Assembly: GCA_002297365.1 (NCBI GenBank)
Contig: DBKT01000011.1
Coordinates: forward strand, 210,650-274,649
Reading direction: 5' to 3'
DNA: 64,000 nt
From: Bacillales bacterium UBA743
Lineage (GTDB): Bacteria; Bacillota_I; Bacilli_A; RFN20; CAG-826
Notes under the pieces: generated by a model
Database searches by the model: none
What the model was told of the DNA's origin: nothing
What the model saw: the letters and a program-made list of their open reading frames with translations, nothing else
Shown: in pieces, positions 37,863 to 47,032 of the stretch
Numbering within the stretch: the first letter of the stretch is position 1
How the letters are laid out: each line of letters starts with the position of its first letter
Translations under genes and position numbers: made by a program

Positions 37863-39365
37863 TTAATTAAGAATTTCATCCAAATACGTTTTGAAAGCGG
37901 ATGGTATGGAATAAAGTCTTTCCAATTCCTCTTTTGTAGCCAATAAGAAACCACAATTCCTTGGATAATCCTTTAATTCCACACGGAAGCCGCTCATTTT
38001 CCATAACAAATGGGTAAAGACGTGCTTCCCTTTCTTGTCTTTATGGATTGCACAAACGGAAAAGTCATTCTCCTCTAAATAATTCTTTGCTTCTGATAGA
38101 TTAAAATGCTCATCCACGTTATAGAATTCGTATAAAGAGGCAAGCAATCCCCTATTCGGCCTTTTGCGAATTAGATATTTCCCTTGATAAGAAAGAAGAA
38201 AGACAGTTTTATGAATCTCCTTCTTTGGGCTTTTTTTCTTAGAACGTGGGTATTTCTCTTGGATCTTCTCTCGGTGCGATTGGCAAAACTGCTTAAGGGG
38301 GCATTCTTCGCATTTAGGCGAAGCGTTTGGCAAGCACACCAGTTCCCCCAAATCCATCAGGGCCTGGTTGAAGGAAGAGGAGTCCTTTCCGAGCAAGGAA
38401 AGGAAAGATTTGTTGCATCTCTCTTTTATTTCCTTCGATTTAGCATCATAGGGGGAGCAATGTAAACGGGCATAGATACGAATCAAATTTCCATCTACCG
38501 CAATATAAGGCTGTTTGTAAACAATAGAAAGGATTGCTTTCGCGGTATAATCGCCAATCCCAGGGACGTTTATTAATTCTTGATAGGTATTGCAAGAAAG
38601 GTTGTTCTCGAGAATATATCTTGCCCCTTTTTGAAGATTTCTTGCACGGGAATAATAACCCAACCCCTGCCAAAGCTTCATAACCGTGTCTTCTTTAGAA
38701 GAAGCGAGATCTTTCAAAGTTGGCAAGACTTTTAAGAATCTCTCATAGTATCTCTTCACTGCTTCAACACGGGTTTGTTGCAGCATGATTTCGCTTAAAT
38801 AAACATGATAAAAAGAAGAATCCTCACGCCAGGGAAGTTTTCTTCCCTTTTCTTGATACCAATTTAAAAGAAGCTCAGAAAAAGAAGCGACTTTCTCATA
38901 AGCAAGACGGGTGCTTCCGTCTTCAACAACGATTTTCCCGCAATACGCAAAGCCCTCTTCTTCAATTCGTTTTCTCATTGGGTGGTTGTCTTCATGCGTG
39001 TCGATTCTGATATGTCTGTTTTGAAGGTAGGCATAATGAAAACATGCCGTAGCATACCCCCCGCCATGTTTATTTACAGCAATTCTATGGATAGTGAAAT
39101 AAGGGGAATCGTCCATCCATTTTCCTTCTATTGTTTCGTAAGTTGGATCAGAGGTCTCTAACAAAGTGAAAACCGCTTGAATCTCACCTTCATCTATCAA
39201 GATGTGGGAGATTCCTTTTTTAACGTCATCTCCGACACGATTCTTTAACGTCTCAAGGTTCTTCCATTGGTCTGGGTTCCCTTCTTCTTTCATAAAGGAA
39301 GCGGCGTTTTCGTAAATTTTAAAAACGGCAGGAAGATCGGAAATCGTTGTTTTTCGAAAATGCAT
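37863..39365 (-). CDS. mutY: Fusion protein: N-terminal GNAT-family N-acetyltransferase (about 150 aa) plus A/G-specific adenine DNA glycosylase MutY (HhH-GPD, 4Fe-4S, NUDIX-like C-terminal domain)
   Basis: Continuous 500-aa ORF with no in-frame stop at the junction. GNAT core (IHRIAVNKHGGGYATACFHYA). MutY motifs LPWRED..YHVYLSEIMLQQTRV, the HhH (PGIGDYTAKAI), a catalytic-Asp region, and the Cys cluster CLPNASPKCEECPLKQFC. Confidence 0.75.
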   Translation of the reverse strand: MHFRKTTISDLPAVFKIYENAASFMKEEGNPDQWKNLETLKNRVGDDVKKGISHILIDEGEIQAVFTLLETSDPTYETIEGKWMDDSPYFTIHRIAVNKHGGGYATACFHYAYLQNRHIRIDTHEDNHPMRKRIEEEGFAYCGKIVVEDGSTRLAYEKVASFSELLLNWYQEKGRKLPWREDSSFYHVYLSEIMLQQTRVEAVKRYYERFLKVLPTLKDLASSKEDTVMKLWQGLGYYSRARNLQKGARYILENNLSCNTYQELINVPGIGDYTAKAILSIVYKQPYIAVDGNLIRIYARLHCSPYDAKSKEIKERCNKSFLSLLGKDSSSFNQALMDLGELVCLPNASPKCEECPLKQFCQSHREKIQEKYPRSKKKSPKKEIHKTVFLLSYQGKYLIRKRPNRGLLASLYEFYNVDEHFNLSEAKNYLEENDFSVCAIHKDKKGKHVFTHLLWKMSGFRVELKDYPRNCGFLLATKEELERLYSIPSAFKTYLDEILN

Positions 39366-39371
39366 ATTGTC

Positions 39372-39698
39372 TTACTTATCCAGTTCAGTGTATTTTTTCG
39401 CCGTGCCTTTTGCTTTAGAAACTGGGTATTTTTTCTCATTTTTCTCCATTTTGGAGTTAACGATTTCATCTTCATCGAGTCCTAATTTATCCAAAAGATC
39501 GCGAGAATAGATAATCACATCCGCTAGTTCTTCTTTAACGTGCTCTAAATCATACTCATCAGAGGACCATTGGAAACATTCCAAGAGCTCTGCTGCTTCG
39601 ATGGATATGCTCTTAGCTAAATTCTCTGGCGAGTGAAACTTAGACCAGTCTCTATCCTGAATGAATTTATGGATTCTATCGATTGTTTCTTTTTTCAT
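39372..39698 (-). CDS. MazG-like nucleotide pyrophosphohydrolase (small all-alpha NTP-PPase)
   Basis: 108 aa. Motif EAAELLE...W...EELADVIIY characteristic of MazG/YpjD-type NTP pyrophosphatases. Its stop lies 6 bp upstream of the mutY-fusion start. Confidence 0.7.
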   Translation of the reverse strand: MKKETIDRIHKFIQDRDWSKFHSPENLAKSISIEAAELLECFQWSSDEYDLEHVKEELADVIIYSRDLLDKLGLDEDEIVNSKMEKNEKKYPVSKAKGTAKKYTELDK

Positions 39699-39945
39699 AT
39701 ATTGAATTCGTTTTCTCTTTCTTTTTCTTCCTTCATTAATGATAAAAGATTTTGCTGAATTAATTTATATTTATTCTTTTTAGAGGTTATAGAGAGATGG
39801 AAGAATTTAATCATCCATTTAAGTAATGAATGGGGTGCCTAATTTAAGGCTACCGGTGCCATAAGAAAAGCAGGAGGCAATTGAACCTCCTGCTTTCTTT
39901 GAGCTGTTGCCAAGGGTTTTAGAAGGCTATTTGCCCGCCTTCTAT

Positions 39946-42345
39946 TTAATGGAAAACGCCATCTCGATTAATTTCAACGCCATCCAATCTTTGAATGAGT
40001 AGACCGCTGCCTAACGTGTATTTAGGGGTGGCGTTAGGAGAGAAATGGAAGAAAGCAATGTCATTATCGTAAATGACTCTTAGCTTTCCCGGAATCTCAT
40101 AAACGGTTTGCTTGCTCGCATCAACATAACGGATCGGATCGGTATAGCCGTTAGCTATATAATCATCATCGCGATAGCCAACATCAATAAGGCCCGATTC
40201 GACTTTCGTAAATCCTTTAGCGAGGAAGCCTTCATCCAAAACGCTTGTAGGAGTCGTGCTTCCAGAGCAATAAAGTCCAATTCCAATCAATGGATCATCA
40301 TAATCTATCTTTCCTTCCGCGTTTAGATCAGGAACGCCAGTGCCAGAAGCGTAACGTGGCTCCGCATACCATTGCCCGACGAAGCGCTTGTCATAATAAT
40401 AAGGAATCAAAGACGCGTATTCTTCTCCGATATAATTCACCAAATCCTGCCACTCATCCGGAGAATCATCTTCATAGCAAGTTAATTCCATTGGCCCAAT
40501 CTCGTTGACATTGATATCAGAAGGAAGCGAAACATCGCCGTATTCAAAAGTAAGGTACTCATATGGATAAAGGCTATAATTGACCTGATAGGTGATGCTG
40601 GTTAGCAGGCCTTGGGAATTCGTTTCCATAACAACATTCGTCGTAACGACGTTGTCTGAAATCCAAAGGGTGTTTTTCGTTTCGGTGACAAGCTCTCTGA
40701 AGGAAAGAGTTCCATCAGTATTCTTTTTGACTGTAAAAGGATCAATGAGAGCGGGGAAATGGTTGGTGATTTTATCGTTTTCCACAACATCGTCGCTTTG
40801 CACCAATTTATTGCTGTTTTTAATCCAACGGAATGGGACGATTGTTCCATCTTCTTTGGTAGTATAGCCGTTGATGCTCTTCTCCCAATCGCTATTGCCC
40901 TTATACTCTTCCTGCACCAAATATGTCGTTCCATCAAAAATGTATGTGGTTTTTCTTGTTGGATTCTCTTTGTCGTTCACTTTCGTGATGCGGAAAGAAT
41001 CTTCTCCCTTGAAAATGCTCATCGCTCTTGTTATTTCTCTTGATGGAGTGTCTTTATAAGAAGTAGGAAGAGTTATCCCATCATATTTGTGGAAGGTTGT
41101 TATCGCTGTATAGGTGGGATTTTCAATATCGCCCATTGATTTCATCTGAATGGAGGATACTTTGTTGTCCGTTAAATTCAAGACGATATCTTCAAAAGAG
41201 CAATTCTGATCGTTTATGGAAACGTGGGCAAAACTTTGATAAACCACGTTTGGATCAAGCGCGAAATATTTATAAGTTCCGTCTGACATCCGGCGGAAAT
41301 CTTTATAATCAAGCTGGCAAGGCAGTTTGTATTGCGAGTAGAAATATCTCGTTTCTGTTTGGATTTCTTTGTTTTGGCCATCTAACCCGTAAGAGATCAT
41401 TCGCTCATCGGAATCGCGTTTTTTAAGATATCCGATATATTCTTGTTTTGTTCCATCAGGGTCATCAATGGTATTCAAATAGATTGTGCTGTCGTTGCAT
41501 TTGAAATGAACGGTAGCAGCATGCTTTTTGCCAACGAGCAAAGAGGCAAGATAAATCTCCGTGGTAGAGGAATTATTCACGGCAAAAACATCTCCTGCTT
41601 GTTCTTCTGTTAAAGAAGGCATGCTATTTTCCCAAGAAAAGGAAGCACGGTAAGACTCCAACTCCTCATCTTTTGTGTTGTTGATATGATTGAATGAGCC
41701 TAGTACCAAAGAAGTGTTCGACGCATCAAAAAGCTCATAATTCAAGGTCTTGTTTCCATTATCAAACCAGAAAGAAACCTGCCCGATGTCCGAGGTGCTA
41801 TATAAGTTCATGAAAGCGGAAAGAACACCGGAATCATCCGTATAATAAGCACCATTTTTGCTTTGGAAAGAGCTCGTGCTTAAAGAGTCAGAGATTTCAG
41901 CTAAAAAATTGAAATAATCTATCGTGAGCTCATATCGGTTGCCATATTGATCCATGTAATAACCCATGGAATCCACATACGGTTTTCCTTTTTTATCGAA
42001 AGAAAGCTTGTAAGCAACGTTCTTTGATTCATCCTTGTGATAAGGAAGATTTATATAACCTACCTTATCTTTCACGCGTTTGTAATAATTCTTGGTAAAA
42101 AGGATTTCCTTTTTGTTTGTTTCCAAAGAAAAATTAATGTTCCTCTTCATCAGCAACAATGTATCGATGACCCCATCAACAGAATCTTCTGCGACATAGT
42201 CATTTTGATTTGGGTCAACAGATGAAGTTTCTTCAGAGCTCATTTGAGAGGAATTTTCGGAAGAAGAATCCGAAGAGTTCCTACAAGCCGAAAGACTTGC
42301 GATTAAGCAAGGGATCAGTAAGGACAAAATACGTGTTTTTTTCAT
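39946..42345 (-). CDS. Large surface lipoprotein (799 aa) with Ser-rich linker; function unknown
   Basis: Lipobox LSAC after the signal peptide MKKTRILSLLIPCLIAS. Poly-Ser/Glu low-complexity linker followed by a beta-rich body. Confidence 0.55.
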   Translation of the reverse strand: MKKTRILSLLIPCLIASLSACRNSSDSSSENSSQMSSEETSSVDPNQNDYVAEDSVDGVIDTLLLMKRNINFSLETNKKEILFTKNYYKRVKDKVGYINLPYHKDESKNVAYKLSFDKKGKPYVDSMGYYMDQYGNRYELTIDYFNFLAEISDSLSTSSFQSKNGAYYTDDSGVLSAFMNLYSTSDIGQVSFWFDNGNKTLNYELFDASNTSLVLGSFNHINNTKDEELESYRASFSWENSMPSLTEEQAGDVFAVNNSSTTEIYLASLLVGKKHAATVHFKCNDSTIYLNTIDDPDGTKQEYIGYLKKRDSDERMISYGLDGQNKEIQTETRYFYSQYKLPCQLDYKDFRRMSDGTYKYFALDPNVVYQSFAHVSINDQNCSFEDIVLNLTDNKVSSIQMKSMGDIENPTYTAITTFHKYDGITLPTSYKDTPSREITRAMSIFKGEDSFRITKVNDKENPTRKTTYIFDGTTYLVQEEYKGNSDWEKSINGYTTKEDGTIVPFRWIKNSNKLVQSDDVVENDKITNHFPALIDPFTVKKNTDGTLSFRELVTETKNTLWISDNVVTTNVVMETNSQGLLTSITYQVNYSLYPYEYLTFEYGDVSLPSDINVNEIGPMELTCYEDDSPDEWQDLVNYIGEEYASLIPYYYDKRFVGQWYAEPRYASGTGVPDLNAEGKIDYDDPLIGIGLYCSGSTTPTSVLDEGFLAKGFTKVESGLIDVGYRDDDYIANGYTDPIRYVDASKQTVYEIPGKLRVIYDNDIAFFHFSPNATPKYTLGSGLLIQRLDGVEINRDGVFH

Positions 42346-42602
42346 GTGATCTACCTCAGCGGGAAAGGTCTAATAGCCTTTCACTACGCTTCATACTAGT
42401 ATAAGGAAAAGAAAAAGAAACTATTTATTTATTTTTGAATGTAAAAATTGTGTTACGTTTTAGATGTATTTATTTTAGTTTTTTTACATTTGTTTTTCAT
42501 TAAAAACGCCATTTAAAAATTAATGGGTTAATTGTGATTTTTTTGATTGAAAAGCGGTGAGAAGTATGCAAGATAAGAATGATTTTCTTAGGAGGAAAAT
42601 TT

Positions 42603-44498
42603 ATGAAAAACGCAAACAAATTACTATGTTTAGTCTTGAGCGCATTCGCTTTGGCTGGATGCGCCGCAACCCAAAGCTCATCTTCTGACTCTGCGGAACC
42701 AGTCGTTGGTCCGCAAGGCCCGAAAGGAGATACCGGAGAACAGGGGCCAAAAGGAGACGCAGGGAAGGATGGAAACACTCTCTTAACTGGCACCGGTGCC
42801 CCATCGAATGAGGATGGAAAGGACGGAGACAGTTACATCGATACCACAACCTTCGACTTTTACGTCAAAGACAATGGAGTCTGGTCGAAAAAAGGAAACA
42901 TCAAAGGAGAAGACGGGCAAGATGGCTTTGATGGCAAGGACGGAAATACCGGCAAAGACGGCAAAGACGGCTCTTCCTTCCTTTCTGGAACAGTAGATCC
43001 GACCGCTGACCTCGGAAGCGATGGCGACATGTATTTAAACACCGAAACCAACGACGTTTTCAAGAAAGCCGATGGCGAATGGACCAAATTAGGAAACATC
43101 AAAGGCGACAAGGGAGACAAAGGAGAAGATGCGATACCAACATACGCAAATACCTTCTTACCTTCCCTTGGGGGATATCTCTATTCCGATAAGGGCTCTT
43201 ATGAGGCCGGAGAAAAGATTCAGCTAAAAGCAAAAGTCGAAGCAGGATACGCTTTAGAGAGCGTTGAAGTCGGATACAATGGCAACACCTATATTTATGA
43301 TAAAGCAACAGGGCTTGATGGCTTGCTAACCGACGGTCTTTCAGCAAAAGAAGGAGGCTTCGTTTTTAAACCGATCTTCACCCAAGAGAAAGCGAATGCA
43401 TATACCATTGCGGATACAGCTGCTTTAGCAACCGTCGGAGAAGAAGGGGATGGCACGTATAGCCTAACGGCCGCAACATATGGCACCCAAACAAATGGCG
43501 TGACCTTAACCTCCAAAGGCAATTTCGTAAAATTAGTTGGCAAGGTTGGAGAAGACAACACACCTGCAACCACTTTATATCTCAGCGGAAAATCATCCTT
43601 TAATGCCAATTATTTCTCCCTTGAGAACGTGAATGTCGTTCTTGCCGATGATTATGCTGATTCCACCTCTATTTTGGAATTCAACAATACCTTTGCCGAA
43701 TTCAAAAACTCCACAATCACCATTGGAAAAACAGTCAATGCGGCTTTGAATTTCAAAACAGGGAACTTCGCCATCGACGGCGTTAAGATTGAATCCGGAA
43801 AAGACACATCAGACGCGACCTTCTTAACCACCGCTGTCCTTTTTGGCGAAACCGCAGATACTGCCTTAGCTCGCATAAGCGTAACGAACTTAACCGTGAA
43901 CAACGTGAAATTCACTACTTATGGCGACTATAAAGGATCCGTATTCAAATCTTTCTATGACGCGCCATATTTTAGCTTCACGATTAAAAACTCTACCTTT
44001 GGTACAAGTGAAACCAAAATCGGTGAAGTCTGGAGCCATTTCCGTAAGCAAGATCACATCTCTAATAACGATGGACGTGGGGAGTTCACCGAAGAAAACT
44101 ACAAAAAGATGATGAAAACAGCTCTCTTAGAAATTGAAGGCACTACTTTCTATAGTGCTTTGGAGAATCATGAAGACGATACATATAACCCAGCATTGAT
44201 TTCCTTCCGCCCAATGGAAAACGATAGCGATGACGATTATGTGAGGAGGGACGTTTTTGCGGATATTCTTATCTCCGTTAAAACTTCCACATTCAATGGA
44301 ACGGCTATCACTTCTAACAATGTCCATTATGGCAAAGTCGGCGATGTACCTCTTACGACCATTTATTGGTATTCTGACGAATGGTATGGCGCGGATAAGC
44401 CCTATTACTACAATTTCGTCTATCCTTATGGGCAAGTGGATGGAACAGACGCTGATTTAACAAACGCCAGCTCCAATAGTTCATACTATCCGTTTTAA
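42603..44498 (+). CDS. Collagen-like repeat surface lipoprotein. The preferred start is the ATG at 42603 after SD AGGAGG.
   Basis: Lipobox LAGC. G-X-Y triplets (GPQGPKGDTGEQGPKGDAGKDGN; GEDGQDGFDGKDGNTGKDGKDGS). Recurring module G(K/S)DGD(S/M)Y(I/L)(D/N)T(T/E)T...W(S/T)K(K/L)GNIKG about three times. Large C-terminal beta-rich domain. Confidence 0.6.
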   Translation: MKNANKLLCLVLSAFALAGCAATQSSSSDSAEPVVGPQGPKGDTGEQGPKGDAGKDGNTLLTGTGAPSNEDGKDGDSYIDTTTFDFYVKDNGVWSKKGNIKGEDGQDGFDGKDGNTGKDGKDGSSFLSGTVDPTADLGSDGDMYLNTETNDVFKKADGEWTKLGNIKGDKGDKGEDAIPTYANTFLPSLGGYLYSDKGSYEAGEKIQLKAKVEAGYALESVEVGYNGNTYIYDKATGLDGLLTDGLSAKEGGFVFKPIFTQEKANAYTIADTAALATVGEEGDGTYSLTAATYGTQTNGVTLTSKGNFVKLVGKVGEDNTPATTLYLSGKSSFNANYFSLENVNVVLADDYADSTSILEFNNTFAEFKNSTITIGKTVNAALNFKTGNFAIDGVKIESGKDTSDATFLTTAVLFGETADTALARISVTNLTVNNVKFTTYGDYKGSVFKSFYDAPYFSFTIKNSTFGTSETKIGEVWSHFRKQDHISNNDGRGEFTEENYKKMMKTALLEIEGTTFYSALENHEDDTYNPALISFRPMENDSDDDYVRRDVFADILISVKTSTFNGTAITSNNVHYGKVGDVPLTTIYWYSDEWYGADKPYYYNFVYPYGQVDGTDADLTNASSNSSYYPF

Positions 44499-44517
44499 TT
44501 TAATTTAAATAAAACGA

Positions 44518-44548
44518 AACCCCGTCTATATTATTAGGCGGGGTTTTC
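44518..44548 (+). terminator. Rho-independent terminator (11-bp stem with one G-U pair, 6-nt loop, T-run)
   Basis: AACCCCGTCTA-TATTAT-TAGGCGGGGTT followed by TTTT. Confidence 0.55.
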
Positions 44549-44572
44549 CCTCAAAAAAGGAGTCGTAATCAT

Positions 44573-46765
44573 ATGCAAATCCAAAAACGTGTTCTCTTAT
44601 TGCTTTCTTCATTATTTGTTTTAGCTAGTTGCCGAAACACAAACCCAGCCTCTTCTGGTGATTTGCAAACATCCAGCGCGCAAAATAAGAAAATGACAGT
44701 GAAAGCAACGGTGGGTGCTTTTTACCAATATGATTTGATCGATTACTCTTCCTTTGAGGTGAAAGACCTCTCAAACAATACGGCTGTCGTTGGTTTCAAG
44801 GTGTTCTATGAAGGCGAGGAATTGGCCGATAAAAAAGACCGCATCCTTTCTTTTGGGAAGGTGAAATTGTACTTTGAAGCAGAAGGATACGGGACCATCA
44901 TTTTAGAAATTAACGTGAAGAAATCCCCACGTTTCAACGAAGAGTTAGTTATCGAGCAAGCGCCAACAAAAACGTCTTATAAAAAAGGGGAAGCATTCAG
45001 CAAGGAAGGCCTCAAAGTATACGATGAGCTCACTTATACCCGAGCGGATGGCCAACCCGTTTCCCAAAAAGAAGAATGCCTTGATTACAGTATCCAGATT
45101 GACGGAATGGACGCGGCCAATTACGTCTTCCAAGAAGAAAACCACACCATCCGATACGCTTTGATATCCGCAAAAGGATTGGACGGAAGCATTTTAACGA
45201 CGTCCGTTCCTTTAACCATTTTGTCTTCCGTTAAAAATTCAACCAATCCAAAATATGACGATAAAGAGGAACAATATAAATGGGAGACATCGGAAAAGAA
45301 GATGAAGGTTCGTTTTTCTTCTTCTAAGAAAGACGTCCAAAAAGCCTATTATTCGCCAGATGAGGTAAATCTGGATTTCAACCTCAACTCTTTTATGAAC
45401 AAGGAATGCACCACTTTTAGGCAAACCCCATCCTTGGGAGAGGTTCCTTTGCTTGTCATACCTGTTGTGTTAAATGGGTTTGAGGAACAAGCAACCGAGG
45501 AAAATCACAAGAAAATCGAATCCGCTTTCTTTGGAAAATCAAAAGAAGGAGAGATACCGTGCTCCTCTCTTGCTTCGTATTATTATTATTCCTCTTTCCA
45601 GCAATTAAAGTTTACCGGTGCCGTAACCCCTTATTTCAATCCTGTCAAGGAAGGATTCCTTGGCTATTCCAACCCTTATAATTTTTCCTTGGATACGCCT
45701 TCCTCATTAGCAAACGACGCATTGAAGTGGGCAAAAGAAAAGCTGTCGATCAATTTAGATGATTACGATAGCGATAATGATGGATATGTAGATGGGGTGT
45801 GGCTTATATATATGGAAGATCCCTCCAATTCATTTACTGGCAACGTCAGTGCTTTTTGGCCTTTCACAAGTGCCGCTAGCGTTGCAAGAGGAACCAAAGA
45901 AAACCCTGCCTTAAACACCTATTCTTGGACTGGGGCCGCTCATTTATACGGGAAATATGGCATTTCGAGTTATCTTGATACCTTAGGATACGATCCTCAT
46001 GTCCTTGAACATGAAACAGGTCATTTGCTGGGATTGAACGATTATTATTCCTATGATTCAAATACCGCTCAAGACACCTATTATTCTCCATTAGGCAAGA
46101 TGGATATGATGGACAAGGATTTTGGGGACCATAACCCTTATTCCAAAATGCTTTTAGGCTGGATAAAGCCATATGTTGTCTTGGGGGATTGCGAGATAGA
46201 AATTCCTTCAAGCCAAATTCAAAATAGCGTTTTCCTTCTTCCCTATGACGATAAAACCTATTCAACAGATGAGTTCGGAAGGATCATCCTGAATCCTTTC
46301 GATGAATATCTTTTGTTGGATTATTACTCTTACTCGAACCTCTACAAAGATACATTCGAACAGAATACTTTTTCCTATCAGTTCCCTACCGAAGAAGGAG
46401 GAAGGCTCTATCACATCGATGCAAGAGCGCTTGAATATAGCAATAATTCCTTCTTTTTGCCAGAAGACCCCGATGAAGTGATGACCTCTTCCGAAAGTTT
46501 CTTTAGAGGGATTACAAACACCCAATCAGGGGAGAGAGCCGAAAGCAATTACAACGTTCCTGGTCTAAATGATTATTTCGATGAGGTGCGCTGGATTTCA
46601 AAAGACGGAAAGAAGGTAGATGGCAATGCCGCCCCAAGCAATTCTTCCCTTTTCAAAGTAGGAGATTCTTTCTCTTTTGATAATTACAAAAACCAATTTG
46701 TGAACGACAAACTGGATAATGGAAAGAATTTCTCCACCACATTCAAAATCCTATCCATCGTTTAA
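44573..46765 (+). CDS. Lipoprotein zinc metallopeptidase, M6 (immune inhibitor A)-like HExxHxxGxxD motif
   Basis: Lipobox LASC. Motif VLEHETGHLLGLNDYY. 730 aa with N-terminal beta-rich domains. SD AAAGGAG upstream. Confidence 0.55.
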   Translation: MQIQKRVLLLLSSLFVLASCRNTNPASSGDLQTSSAQNKKMTVKATVGAFYQYDLIDYSSFEVKDLSNNTAVVGFKVFYEGEELADKKDRILSFGKVKLYFEAEGYGTIILEINVKKSPRFNEELVIEQAPTKTSYKKGEAFSKEGLKVYDELTYTRADGQPVSQKEECLDYSIQIDGMDAANYVFQEENHTIRYALISAKGLDGSILTTSVPLTILSSVKNSTNPKYDDKEEQYKWETSEKKMKVRFSSSKKDVQKAYYSPDEVNLDFNLNSFMNKECTTFRQTPSLGEVPLLVIPVVLNGFEEQATEENHKKIESAFFGKSKEGEIPCSSLASYYYYSSFQQLKFTGAVTPYFNPVKEGFLGYSNPYNFSLDTPSSLANDALKWAKEKLSINLDDYDSDNDGYVDGVWLIYMEDPSNSFTGNVSAFWPFTSAASVARGTKENPALNTYSWTGAAHLYGKYGISSYLDTLGYDPHVLEHETGHLLGLNDYYSYDSNTAQDTYYSPLGKMDMMDKDFGDHNPYSKMLLGWIKPYVVLGDCEIEIPSSQIQNSVFLLPYDDKTYSTDEFGRIILNPFDEYLLLDYYSYSNLYKDTFEQNTFSYQFPTEEGGRLYHIDARALEYSNNSFFLPEDPDEVMTSSESFFRGITNTQSGERAESNYNVPGLNDYFDEVRWISKDGKKVDGNAAPSNSSLFKVGDSFSFDNYKNQFVNDKLDNGKNFSTTFKILSIV

Positions 46766-46788
46766 ACTAAAAATAAATGAGTTTCCAA

Positions 46789-46830
46789 AAAGATTTTTAG
46801 ATGTTGAATCTAGAAATCTTTTTTCTTTTG
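46789..46830 (+). terminator. Rho-independent terminator (14-bp stem with 1 mismatch, loop GTTGA, T-rich tail)
   Basis: AAAGATTTTTAGAT-GTTGA-ATCTAGAAATCTTT followed by TTTTCTTTT. Confidence 0.45.
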
Positions 46831-46925
46831 CTCTCCTATCTAAAATTTGCTTTCTATAGACAAACTAGAGTCAAAAACACAAACTAATTGTAAGTCCCCA
46901 AAAATAGGGAAAACGATCTCCCAAT

Positions 46926-47008
46926 AGGTTGGAAAAGTTTAATAAAAGGCATTTTTTAAGGTTGGAAAAGTTTAGTTTTTTATCGTTTTTAAGGTTGGAA
47001 AAGTTTAA
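46926..47008 (+). repeat. Three direct repeats of AAGGTTGGAAAAGTTTA(A/G)T spaced about 32 bp apart, immediately upstream of and overlapping the -10 region of the ATPase gene
   Basis: Copies at 46926-46943, 46958-46975 and 46990-47008. TATAAT at 47009-47014. SD AGGAG. ATG at 47033. Confidence 0.7.
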
Positions 47009-47032
47009 TATAATAGTGTTAGGAGAATTTAT

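Noticed and set aside
46926-47008. CRISPR array interpretation of the three direct repeats
   Set aside because: There are only three copies of a 17-19-bp AT-rich unit with about 14-bp spacers, and no cas genes. The unit is too short and its spacing is wrong for CRISPR. Regulatory repeats are more plausible.
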